From Candidatus Omnitrophota bacterium (lineage in GTDB: Bacteria; Omnitrophota; Gorgyraeia; Zapsychrales; Fredricksoniimonadaceae), in the NCBI GenBank assembly GCA_037131245.1, contig JBAXRK010000008.1, positions 20,474 to 84,473 of the forward strand: a stretch of 64,000 nt of DNA, read 5' to 3'. A program made the translations under genes and the position numbers. The notes beneath the pieces were generated by a model. It was not told where the DNA came from, did no database searches, and saw only the letters and a list, made by a program, of their open reading frames with translations. Each line of letters opens with the position of its first letter. The stretch's first letter is position 1. Of the stretch, positions 28,301 through 36,675 are shown piece after piece.

Positions 28301-31300
28301 ATAGGCGCCAGCTTCGGCCAGGCCCCCAAACCCATCGCTGAATGATGACGAACATCGTCACTGTCACTCCCAAGCCCGTCGACCAATGCCGGAACGACCC
28401 GCGCGTCATGGATATCACGAAGCGCCATCAGGACATTATTCTTCACATCCGCATCCTGATCATCCACCATAGAAAGCAAGGTGGATACCAGCCCTTTGTC
28501 TTTCATGACAATAGCCGCAATAGCGGCCCGGTTGCGGATCACCTTATCTTCGCTTTTTAAAAGCTGCGCAACGCGCGCCACCAGCGGCTCAACCCGCAAA
28601 GGATCCGTCTGGCGGATCTCACGGAACGCAAGGCCCATCTGTTCCCTCATTTCAAGCGGAAGGCCCGACACCAGCACCGTGAACATGCCTTCCAAAACCG
28701 GATCATTTCCGGTCATCGAAGCGTCCGATGACTTGATCTTATTCCAAAGGTCCGTGTTTTTAGGAGTTAACAGCAGGTCGAGAGAATCAGGTGCGAAATA
28801 AAAATCCTTGGTCTCTTTAACCCCATTAAATTCAACCGGCAACTGCAAATACCGATTAGTTTTATCCTTATACGGCGATTCCTTATGATCAGGATTAACC
28901 AGCGCTTTATCCAGCTGATCATCGTTAACCGTCACAACCCCGACAACTTCCCCGCCGCCGCTGCGGAACGCCCGAAGGATATTAAGAACATCTTCCCCCA
29001 AGCCAACCGCGCTAAGCGCGGCCTTTGTTTCCTCCTCTTCAAAAGATTTAGCCAGCTGATAGAATTTCACCGTTGCAAAACCCTTCATCCAGGGCTTACC
29101 GGCAACCTTCTTCATCTTGTCCACCGGAACTTCAACAAGGATCCCGCCAGTGACCAAACGATCGAAAGCACCGGGGATATTATCAAAGAACCTGGCCTCA
29201 ATAAGCCCGCTCTGAACACGGAAGAACGCGTTCTTGTACTCCTCCCTGGTAACAGACTCCGGCTTAACACCGACAGCCGCTTCGATCACGCTCATTCTGG
29301 CTTTCACCTTCTCAAACTCTGCCGCGGTCAACCGATACTTGAACCAGGAACGGCGTTCCACATTATTGTCCCCGTCAGCACGGCGATCATAATCTTCGGT
29401 ATCAACAAAGACAGGGTCATGGTCAAGGCTGGGTAACCCCAATTCCTGCTCCAATTCCTCTTTAGCCGCCGACAAGTGATCTTCACCAACGCCCACATGG
29501 CCACCGAATACCGCCAAATGATCGTCATAATTGTCCTTATTGCGGATCTGCAAGACTTCTTCTTCCTTCCCATCAGCGTTAACCACAACCACCATGGTGT
29601 TCGCCGTTTCATGAGGAAGGCCGAAAGCTTCCGCGATATTACGGTCGATACGCCCGACCACTTCCGCGCTCCGCCCGACACTGTTGAGAATATGAACTTC
29701 TTCCCCTTTGAACGTTTTAATGGCCTTACCGGAAACGCTGATCGCTCCGGTCGTTGGATCGATCTGGCTCAGGCGCTGAGCCACCAAAGCATCGATTTTC
29801 TTCAAAAATTCATCATATCTGAGCTGAATATCAAGAGCGTCCCCTCCAGGGATCCCGTAATCTTCAAGGGCGTTGGAATAATTAAACGTTCCTTTTCGCA
29901 TCTCGGCCAATATACGCAATTCTGTGTCACTAAAATTACGCCAAATCTCGATGTCTTTCGTCACCTGCTCGAGCTGCGCTTTAACCCTTTCTAAATTAAA
30001 TGGCCGCTTGGAAACAAAACCCGTCGTTTCGTTGATATACCCGGGCGTGCCTTCTTGATCCCTCAATAACTTAAGATCGCTTTCCGAAAATTTTGGAGCC
30101 TGGGCCTTATCTTCCTTCTTGATAACGTTAGCATCGGAAATAAACGTCGTGCTTTCATCCCTTTGATAATCAAGAGACGCAACATAGGACGATTTACCAT
30201 CGTTGGTGGATTCCACCTTCACGGTCCACGGCACACCCAGCGCTTCAAATGCGGCCGCCTGCTTCACGCATTTATCGATCAATGCTTCTCTTGTAGTACC
30301 GGTATATTCTAAACCTTTGGCGCCTTCCCATACCGAGCCCGCAGGAGCCCCCTGCTCTATTGGACCAGGAAGAAACTGTTCAACAACGGACCTAACGCGG
30401 GCCTCATCAGCTTTATCCGGCGCCGCCGCGAAATCCATCGTCACCACCCGGCCGGTGCTCGCCACTTCCGTCGCTGCCGCGTTATCAAGCCTCGCGGGCA
30501 TGATATCCAGCACGCCGCCTGAGAAATATTTCTTAGGGGTCACGGTGCCCGTCGCGTCCGCCTCTTCCCGGATCACATTCACCACGCCTTTTTTGAACGC
30601 CTCAATATAACGCTGATAGATCTGCTCTTTCACCGTCTTGTCTGAAAGGTCCACGCCGGCCACCATCTTGTGGTCCACGTAAGCCTGCGCCATCAGCGTA
30701 TCCTTGATAGCCTCGCGATACCACTTGGCCAGAATGCCCGCGTAATAGATCTGGCGGATGGTGGCGAAATTCGCGCCTTCATTGACTTCTTTCTCGAGCG
30801 CCGGAACGATCACCTGGCGCAACACTTCCTTGGCCAATTCGATCGTCGGGGAGGTTTCCTGAGATGTTGCCGTGCCATTATTCTGCATGGCCTGGTAATC
30901 GGCATCCAGCATCACCTTGAACGTAGCTTTCGTTACATACACCGCATTGCCCTGCTGATAAACACGGGCCTCGGCCGGCATGATCCATACCTTATTAAAT
31001 GTATCCACCGGAATATCCGTGGAACCAAATTTCGCCTGGGCTTGGGCATAAACCCTGGTCCAAAATTCCTGACCGATACCCTGCTGCGGGTCCATCGATG
31101 ACGCTGTCAGCTGTTTGAGCGTATAATCCTGCGCCAACATATCGCGGCCAAGATCGGTGTTCCCGAGTTCATCCGTGATCATGCGCTGATGTTCATAAGG
31201 GGAAAGGTTGACCCAAAGATCTTTTTCCGGAAGGGTGACCGCCGCCAGAAAATAGCGCATCATCCGCTCGCCTTCCTTCTTTAAGTGGTCGGCAGAATCT

Positions 31301-31512
31301 TTATCGTTCCCGGAATCAACAATGAAACGGAATTTAAGGGGCTCATTGGGAGAGATCATGAGCCCTTTAATGAGCACCGGCTCGAACCGGGCTGATGTGG
31401 CCACCATGGCCCCCGGCTGAGGTAAAAGCGAAAGGGCAAAGCCTTGCGCATGAACGCTGGCCGGGCTAAAACCGATCAAAACGCACAGAACAATACATAA
31501 TGCTTTTTTCAT
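25342..31512 (-). CDS. large secreted protein P2: shared N-module, two Nudix/IDI-like modules, HEAT-like repeats, DUF218/YdcF-like domain, shared C-terminal GGID tail
   Basis: Signal peptide MKKALCIVLCVLIGFSPASVHAQG from the ATG at 31512. Nudix-like box FGGHVGVGEDHLSAAKEELEQELGL (about 29480-29510). A degenerate copy, YGGHLVTGMKHITGVTEELDQELNL, lies at about 27000-27030. HEAT-like repeats sit at about 27580-28620. DVLMIPGNDD..ILISGGTGRLT is at about 26200-26300. The tail VGGIDISS.. is at 25530-25342. Confidence 0.6.
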   Translation of the reverse strand: MKKALCIVLCVLIGFSPASVHAQGFALSLLPQPGAMVATSARFEPVLIKGLMISPNEPLKFRFIVDSGNDKDSADHLKKEGERMMRYFLAAVTLPEKDLWVNLSPYEHQRMITDELGNTDLGRDMLAQDYTLKQLTASSMDPQQGIGQEFWTRVYAQAQAKFGSTDIPVDTFNKVWIMPAEARVYQQGNAVYVTKATFKVMLDADYQAMQNNGTATSQETSPTIELAKEVLRQVIVPALEKEVNEGANFATIRQIYYAGILAKWYREAIKDTLMAQAYVDHKMVAGVDLSDKTVKEQIYQRYIEAFKKGVVNVIREEADATGTVTPKKYFSGGVLDIMPARLDNAAATEVASTGRVVTMDFAAAPDKADEARVRSVVEQFLPGPIEQGAPAGSVWEGAKGLEYTGTTREALIDKCVKQAAAFEALGVPWTVKVESTNDGKSSYVASLDYQRDESTTFISDANVIKKEDKAQAPKFSESDLKLLRDQEGTPGYINETTGFVSKRPFNLERVKAQLEQVTKDIEIWRNFSDTELRILAEMRKGTFNYSNALEDYGIPGGDALDIQLRYDEFLKKIDALVAQRLSQIDPTTGAISVSGKAIKTFKGEEVHILNSVGRSAEVVGRIDRNIAEAFGLPHETANTMVVVVNADGKEEEVLQIRNKDNYDDHLAVFGGHVGVGEDHLSAAKEELEQELGLPSLDHDPVFVDTEDYDRRADGDNNVERRSWFKYRLTAAEFEKVKARMSVIEAAVGVKPESVTREEYKNAFFRVQSGLIEARFFDNIPGAFDRLVTGGILVEVPVDKMKKVAGKPWMKGFATVKFYQLAKSFEEEETKAALSAVGLGEDVLNILRAFRSGGGEVVGVVTVNDDQLDKALVNPDHKESPYKDKTNRYLQLPVEFNGVKETKDFYFAPDSLDLLLTPKNTDLWNKIKSSDASMTGNDPVLEGMFTVLVSGLPLEMREQMGLAFREIRQTDPLRVEPLVARVAQLLKSEDKVIRNRAAIAAIVMKDKGLVSTLLSMVDDQDADVKNNVLMALRDIHDARVVPALVDGLGSDSDDVRHHSAMGLGAWPKLAPIEALRSLAERKGEPEDVHGAAVWAMQMAGARFEGELAAVDGEFAGETMIAAKLAEEPHDFVNEFVDEIVANTSGERGNYDLWRTRYLTITDRDDVNALVAPHIMNQNAAVSRWAITVLAMRGGVDAEAALLDAVSNAPTYWAKRTAVWGLGMINAGRKDKTDPRVIDVLKSNKGLHDPDFQTVAAAVVALGNIGGEQALGIVLKALETEEDPFVLSAMIDALLQIGDPRGVKAVEALKENANEMIRAKVAAVTGSRKADASMLSEELKASIGAYSAIINDAKASAEEKVLARKNLESTLKIVRDGIESIETQVNGGVIISAERVNAIDVVMEKIRAGEMKLKGESVDILKMNARAIEMLKKARTREEGQGIISVIKVNGTIDRNIAEQLGYFHQTANAFVLTPGKKVLVQVRAPWNTFGFFRSIYGGHLVTGMKHITGVTEELDQELNLQQKSKLFGKLSFVSFDVYDEPGSNNKEVRSLSVYQGSASEWKKIEKELAKLTMARAKAIAALKADNKLDADLKAMIVRFYKTPAAASDVPAEIMAIYKAGGERKKELVKVLDLLKDVFIKEMKAIKSGLGEVWDIEETTWEALSEQSRVKTYTPDLLGPIMADAAKPELKAKTLEAIKTIDTAKSDSSMSLNDASLSQQFSVLLHNDVSEDQLPGQNIDVLMIPGNDDLNVYRKVLELKARGIGKHILISGGTGRLTLDIQKTALANGFNVTMASEAEMIRSILIQMAEKNPDWQKLVPDLQSDDVMILEKKAAYTVQNFSLAKEELKKRGLLGGNRTEPLKLLYIQKPLQQLRTKGNFESVFASEMASGQIQGISFTTGYTPNDTAVQDIVGEYFRIIVNGQKGDWVVKEGYGIIPEAKWGEALGLFNSLNGKEKDALVAILRKNVENMKMTREDVLKGLPEQAAVFARAIVDYSQEVGGIDISSINLVAQAGSSAIKFDDEALRSAIGSSEFKGFTPVFLGITPVAGLEKIFPLP

Positions 31513-31576
31513 ACTTGAGTCCCTTTTCTGTTTTAATTGCGGAAAAATCCGGTCCAACCCACCAAACAAAGGCAAC

Positions 31577-31605
31577 AATATAGTAAAGAAATGTAGATTT
31601 AGCAA
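31577..31605 (-). promoter_or_regulatory. candidate sigma70-type promoter for P2
   Basis: Minus-sense TTGCTA, 17-nt spacer, TATATT, in the AT-rich gap between P3 and P2. Confidence 0.3.
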
Positions 31606-31654
31606 CAAAAAGTAATACGTTGATTATTAAAGTATATACGATGTTTTCCAGATT

Positions 31655-34600
31655 TCAAGGTTGACCGCCTAAAGCCGGGCCATTGACAAACGCCCGCAGG
31701 TCCGCGACCGGTTTAATTTCAAGCAGGACCGGCTGATAACCCAGAATATCGCCAGCAGCCGGAACGCCCTGTAAATTGAACCTGGGCTGATCGGTCGAAG
31801 CCACGTCTTCCTTAATGGCCAGCCCGGCCGGATTGAAATCGATACCACCCTGCTTAACCTGCTCAGAATGATCGAGCGAAACGATCTCATCATCGATCTT
31901 CACATTCTCCAGTTTCGCGGCCTTCTTCAATGCTTTCACCAAACGGGCGCGGTCACCGGGGTCTACCTGATTGAAATAAACATTCGTGAACGATGCCCCT
32001 TCAAAAGAGCCTTCCTTCAAGTCCAACAGGTTTGGCAGAGAGAACATGACGCCGCTGATCTCGGCACCCCTGAAATTATTATCACCGAACGCCAGCATTT
32101 CCCAACCAACATGGCTCAGGGTCCCAACCGCTCCGCCTTTATTGATACGGTCGAACTCCAGCGCTTCCGCCGGGGATACCTGCTTAAGGACCTTTAGATC
32201 AATGATCTTAAGGTCCACAACCTGTCCCCGCTCATCAAGCAGAACCATGATATTGCTGTCATCTAGATGGCCATGATAAAACAATGTCTGTTCATTAGGA
32301 TGCAACGCTTTCCCCAGCCAGCGATCTCCCTGTAAAAAGATCTTTTCGTCCCGTCGATTGGCAACATTGTGCCTGACCGCTTCAAAAGACTGATACTTCA
32401 TGGTGCTTAGGTCCATTTCATAGATCGCGTGCGTCCGGGGATCGTAAGCGAACGGCACGACCGACGCCGGCTTATCCTGTGCCAGGTGAAGAAGCGCGTC
32501 TTCATTATCGGTCATGGTATATTTCCTGATCACCCGCGATCCGTCCGGGCCTTCCAATATGGCGCGATCCGCGCCCGCGTTCGACGGCATCACCCCCACC
32601 TGTTTCCAGGAGGCGATCGTTCCATCATTGACCGCTTGCGTTAAACCATCAGCGCTTTTCCATATTTGATCAGAAGGCTGCCGTTCCAGGGCCACCGATC
32701 CTGATCGGGCCCGCTTCCACTTTGCCCAGGCCCGCGCCATTTCCTGAGGCGGTAGCTTTTCCATCTTGTACTCGGCAGGGTTTTGCCTGTTATTAAGCAT
32801 GGCGTCAAAATCAACGTAAACCATCTCAAACTTTTTTCCGTTAACGGCCAAAGACAGCGGGAGCTTCTCATTGCTGACCAAAGCATGATCCATCGCCAAC
32901 AGGAACTTGTGCACCATTTGAAACCGGTCCAACCCCAGGTGCTTTCTTAGATCAAGCATGGTTTCCACCAGCGGAACCTGCGGGTCGATAAAATACTCAA
33001 TACTCGTCCAAACCTGCAGGCCATTGTTCACATCCATCAGCGTTGGTTCAAAGCCGTCCGCGCGGCCCATCATTTTTTCATTAAGCCCGTTCTGGAAAGC
33101 CCGCAGCAAGACGCCGTTCGACGTCCGGCCCGCACGCGTCAGGATCTCTTTAAGCAGAACATCGACGGTCTTAACCTCAGGCTTCTGCCCGGCCACAGTA
33201 ACTTTTCTCATGGCTTGGCGCAACTCAAAATCGGCGACCTCGCGCTTGGCGTTTTTGATCGCGGCCTGCAAGGATTCGAGGTCGTTCCATCCTTTGTCTC
33301 CATTGATAATGCTGCTCATTGCCTGGACGATCTTATCAACGATCGGTTCAAGCTCATAAACAGCGATCAGTAGATCGGCTTTCTCAAGGAGCTTATCGGG
33401 CACAACCTTCTCTGTCGCCTGCGAAGCGTTCATTGAGACACCCGGCACAATGCGCTCGAACATCGCTTCAATGCGCGCCAAAGCGTCTTCCCCCCAATGG
33501 GCTTTAAGCATCCTGAAACGATCCAGCATTTGTCTGGCGATCGTGGTGCCATCGGAATCAGGCTCTCTCACATACCCTTCAGGATCAACAACCCAGGTCT
33601 GGTTCTTCCTGCCTAACGCCGTGTTCCCGTTCATTAAGTTGGCGGGGAAAGGATCTTTCAGAACGAATCTTTCATTGACGATCTCCCGAAAGAAATCCTC
33701 CAATGAAACCCAATCCTGCTCTCCGGCGCCCTCATGCAATATCTTCTCCCAGTCCCGCCCGTAGATCTTCTCTACCTGGATGTACGGATGGCTTCCCTTC
33801 GCATACCCGGAAAAGCCATTCATTTTCGGGACCCGCGACCCCTTATTCGTAAAAGCCTCCTCCATCCGATTTTTTTCCCTTTCCACCGCGGCTAACTCCT
33901 TAATGCCCAGGAGAAACTTGCTTTTCATATCCGCTTCCAACTTGAAAATCATCTGCGAAACCCTGAAAAGATTATTGGGGTCCATCGGATCGCTATATAT
34001 GCCGGCTGAATTTCCCTGCCCGACCAATTCAGATTCGGTATCCAGGATGATCAACTTTTTCGGCATTAAAACCTGTGGCTGATTGCGAGCCAGCTGCACC
34101 GGAGCTGGCTCGGCTGATTTAACAGCATCCTTCGGGAACAAGAGCGGATGGATAAAGAATTCCCCCGGACGCTCATCGGAAGGCACGATCGTAACGGCCT
34201 CAGACGATGCGATCTTTTCCAACAGCACCAGGTCGTTCCTAAGCCGCTCCTCGAAATGAGCCAGAAACTCCCTCGTTTTAGCGTCATCGCCCACCCCGGC
34301 CATCGCCAGGAACTGGCTGCCGTTAACGATCTCCCAATTATGCGCCAAAGCCGCCCGTTCCCCATTGCTATATTCTGGACGGTCATTGGGCACCACGTAT
34401 CCATGCCACTTTAAGGCACCCGCGGTGATCGTATGCTGCAACGCCAACCTGAAGAACTCCTGCTGCTCCTTGCTGGCCGCCTCCCGGGTTTCGGGCTTGA
34501 TCCGTTCGATCCTGGCTTTTTCTGTAATAAACCACCCTTTGATCGTCTCCACAAATGGTGCCGCATTACCTTGCATCTCTTGAATTTCTTCTGCGTTCAA

Positions 34601-36520
34601 AGTTCCCTTCGCATTCAGCCATTTCTCAACCTTGTCATACTCCGCTCTAAGGACCTTTAGCAATTCCGCGACCAGCGCACCTTCTTTCTTCATTTCCAGC
34701 GGAACAAGATACTCATTCTCTTTAAGCTCTCGCGGCGCGGCCTTCTCTTCGCCGGCACTAGGGAACGCCTCAACCAGGCGCTTTGTCACCGCATCGAACA
34801 AGCGATGGACCTGGCTCATTTTCTCCGCTGAAAGTCCGGTGTCGAACCAGAAATTAAGATAGGTAGCCCATATGTTCATCAGCTCAACAGGCGCCAGACC
34901 GGGATGATATTCAACCGCCTCGGTATCCACCATCCGGGCCCCTTTACCTGGCTCGTAAACAAAATTCTTTAAATGATGATCGCCGACAAAAACCCCGGCC
35001 TTGACCATTCGCACCATCAGGTCGGCCATGGCCTTGATGGCCTCCTCAGGGATACCCTGATCCTGCTGTGCCATCTGGAAATAATTCAGCCCGTTCAGGG
35101 CCTCAACCACCAGGAAGCGCGCCGAACCGACCACAATATCATCAGCCACCACGTTCGGCGTGATCTCCAAAGGCCCCAAGATATCATGATTCCGGCGCGT
35201 TTGATCAAGGTCTTCCGGTACGTCCGTATCAGTCCTGGCTGACCGCATAACCCAGGACCTACCTTCAACGTTATCCGTGATTTTGTAAACCAAACTGCGC
35301 CGATTCTCAGGGTCTAAAGCCTCCACGCTAAAACGCGCGCTATTTTCCTGGCGCACAGACAATGCCTGGCCGGAAAACTCCAGCGCCCCGGCAAAAGCCA
35401 TAGCATGATCGCGTCCCGGCCTGACCGCATCGATCTTAAATGAAATTTCCGTGACCGAACGGGATGGAACCTCCCCTGTTACCTCTGAAGGATTAACGCT
35501 CGAAAAAAGCGCCCCGCCGGAGAAATACTTGCGGGGGATCAATTCACCGGAGAATTCGTCCTGTTCTTCCCGCACCAGATTGACCGTACCCTTTTTGAAC
35601 GAAGCCACATACTGCTCCCAAATATGCTGGGCCGCGGCTTTCTCGCCATGGTCCACACCGGCCACTTTATTGCCATCCACGTAAGTGCTAAGGCCCGCGC
35701 CGTCCTTGATGATCTTGCGCTTGAGCCAGGTGGCCAGAATAAGCGCGCTGTAAACCTGCCGCACCGCGGCGAAATTCTTGCCTTCATTAACCTCTTTCTC
35801 AAGCGCGGGCAGAATAACCTCGCGCATCACATCAGTCGAAAGCGTGTCTTTCCCTGCCGCCGATGTACCGGCCGCCTGCGCTTCTTTAAGCGCCACATAA
35901 TCCACATCCAGCATTAATTTCATGCGGCTGCGCACGATGACCGCGGTGCCGTTCTTCACCACAATATCGGCCGCGTCCGGCATGATCCATACCTTATTAA
36001 AGGTGTCGACCGGAACATCCGTTGAGCCATAAAGCTCCTGGGCTTTGGCATAGACCTTCGACCAGAAAGCCTTGCCCAACGCCGTATCGGGCGCGAGCAA
36101 GGACGAGCTAAGTTGTTTAAGGGTGTAATCCTGCGCGAGAAGGTCGCGCCCCATTTCGGTAAGGCCAAAAAACTCCGGGATAACCCGCCCCTTTTCATAA
36201 GGGGACAGGTTTACCCAGAGGTCGGTTGCGGGGGTCGTCAGGGTGGCAAGGAAGTACTTAACGAGTTTGGTGGATTCGTCTTTTAGGGAGGGTCCTGACA
36301 ACCCCGTATCTCCCGGATCGACAATGAAGTCGAACCTGAAAGGATCTTGAGGATAAAAACGCACTCCCGTCATGAGGCACGGCGCGAACGGCTGACTTAA
36401 GCCGACCGCTTCACCAGGCGGCGGCAGGACAACAGCCTGCGCACACACCGGCCCCACATTAAATATTATAAAAAAGAACAATAAAGGCCATGCTGTAAGC
36501 GTTACACCCACCCTACGCAT
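31655..36520 (-). CDS. large secreted protein P3: shared N-module, three atypical kinase-like modules, pentapeptide-like stretch, shared C-terminal GGID tail
   Basis: Signal peptide (..FNVGPVCAQA). Kinase-like catalytic-loop look-alikes: GDHHLKNFVYEPGKGARMVDTE (about 34920-34990), LKDPFPANLMNG..QTWVVDPEGY (about 33570-33680) and FYHGHLDDSNIMVLLDERGQVVDLKIIDLK (about 32190-32285). The pentapeptide-like stretch is FRGAEISGVMFSLPNLLDLKEGSFEGASFTNVYF. The tail KQGGIDFN.. is at 31860-31655. Confidence 0.6.
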   Translation of the reverse strand: MRRVGVTLTAWPLLFFFIIFNVGPVCAQAVVLPPPGEAVGLSQPFAPCLMTGVRFYPQDPFRFDFIVDPGDTGLSGPSLKDESTKLVKYFLATLTTPATDLWVNLSPYEKGRVIPEFFGLTEMGRDLLAQDYTLKQLSSSLLAPDTALGKAFWSKVYAKAQELYGSTDVPVDTFNKVWIMPDAADIVVKNGTAVIVRSRMKLMLDVDYVALKEAQAAGTSAAGKDTLSTDVMREVILPALEKEVNEGKNFAAVRQVYSALILATWLKRKIIKDGAGLSTYVDGNKVAGVDHGEKAAAQHIWEQYVASFKKGTVNLVREEQDEFSGELIPRKYFSGGALFSSVNPSEVTGEVPSRSVTEISFKIDAVRPGRDHAMAFAGALEFSGQALSVRQENSARFSVEALDPENRRSLVYKITDNVEGRSWVMRSARTDTDVPEDLDQTRRNHDILGPLEITPNVVADDIVVGSARFLVVEALNGLNYFQMAQQDQGIPEEAIKAMADLMVRMVKAGVFVGDHHLKNFVYEPGKGARMVDTEAVEYHPGLAPVELMNIWATYLNFWFDTGLSAEKMSQVHRLFDAVTKRLVEAFPSAGEEKAAPRELKENEYLVPLEMKKEGALVAELLKVLRAEYDKVEKWLNAKGTLNAEEIQEMQGNAAPFVETIKGWFITEKARIERIKPETREAASKEQQEFFRLALQHTITAGALKWHGYVVPNDRPEYSNGERAALAHNWEIVNGSQFLAMAGVGDDAKTREFLAHFEERLRNDLVLLEKIASSEAVTIVPSDERPGEFFIHPLLFPKDAVKSAEPAPVQLARNQPQVLMPKKLIILDTESELVGQGNSAGIYSDPMDPNNLFRVSQMIFKLEADMKSKFLLGIKELAAVEREKNRMEEAFTNKGSRVPKMNGFSGYAKGSHPYIQVEKIYGRDWEKILHEGAGEQDWVSLEDFFREIVNERFVLKDPFPANLMNGNTALGRKNQTWVVDPEGYVREPDSDGTTIARQMLDRFRMLKAHWGEDALARIEAMFERIVPGVSMNASQATEKVVPDKLLEKADLLIAVYELEPIVDKIVQAMSSIINGDKGWNDLESLQAAIKNAKREVADFELRQAMRKVTVAGQKPEVKTVDVLLKEILTRAGRTSNGVLLRAFQNGLNEKMMGRADGFEPTLMDVNNGLQVWTSIEYFIDPQVPLVETMLDLRKHLGLDRFQMVHKFLLAMDHALVSNEKLPLSLAVNGKKFEMVYVDFDAMLNNRQNPAEYKMEKLPPQEMARAWAKWKRARSGSVALERQPSDQIWKSADGLTQAVNDGTIASWKQVGVMPSNAGADRAILEGPDGSRVIRKYTMTDNEDALLHLAQDKPASVVPFAYDPRTHAIYEMDLSTMKYQSFEAVRHNVANRRDEKIFLQGDRWLGKALHPNEQTLFYHGHLDDSNIMVLLDERGQVVDLKIIDLKVLKQVSPAEALEFDRINKGGAVGTLSHVGWEMLAFGDNNFRGAEISGVMFSLPNLLDLKEGSFEGASFTNVYFNQVDPGDRARLVKALKKAAKLENVKIDDEIVSLDHSEQVKQGGIDFNPAGLAIKEDVASTDQPRFNLQGVPAAGDILGYQPVLLEIKPVADLRAFVNGPALGGQP

Positions 36521-36675
36521 ACATGCTCCCCCAAAGACACTCTTTCATCCACCAACTGCTATGAGCCTCCACAGGCTCACGAACACCCTGTCCTCGCCAC
36601 TTGAAAGGATAGCTGATGAAAAGGCGAAAAACACGTGTTTGGGGAAAAGGCAAGAAAACGTTATCTTGTGGGGGG

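Noticed and set aside
31513-31608. The 32-codon N-terminal extension of P2 in the ORF track (MLLNLHFFTILLPLFGGLDRIFPQLKQKRDSS).
   Set aside because: A textbook signal peptide begins at the ATG at 31512, with an AAGGGA Shine-Dalgarno. The extension covers an AT-rich, promoter-like gap.
21478-36520. Explaining the large paralogs as autotransporters, RTX/T1SS substrates, T9SS-CTD proteins, chlamydial Pmp-like proteins or Rhs/polymorphic toxins.
   Set aside because: There is no C-terminal beta-barrel-length domain, no GGxGxD nonapeptide repeats and no YD/Rhs repeats. Repeated GGA(I/L/V)/FxxN motifs are also absent. The tail is shorter than a T9SS CTD and carries no known sorting motif that I can recognise. 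No immunity-like small ORFs follow the genes.
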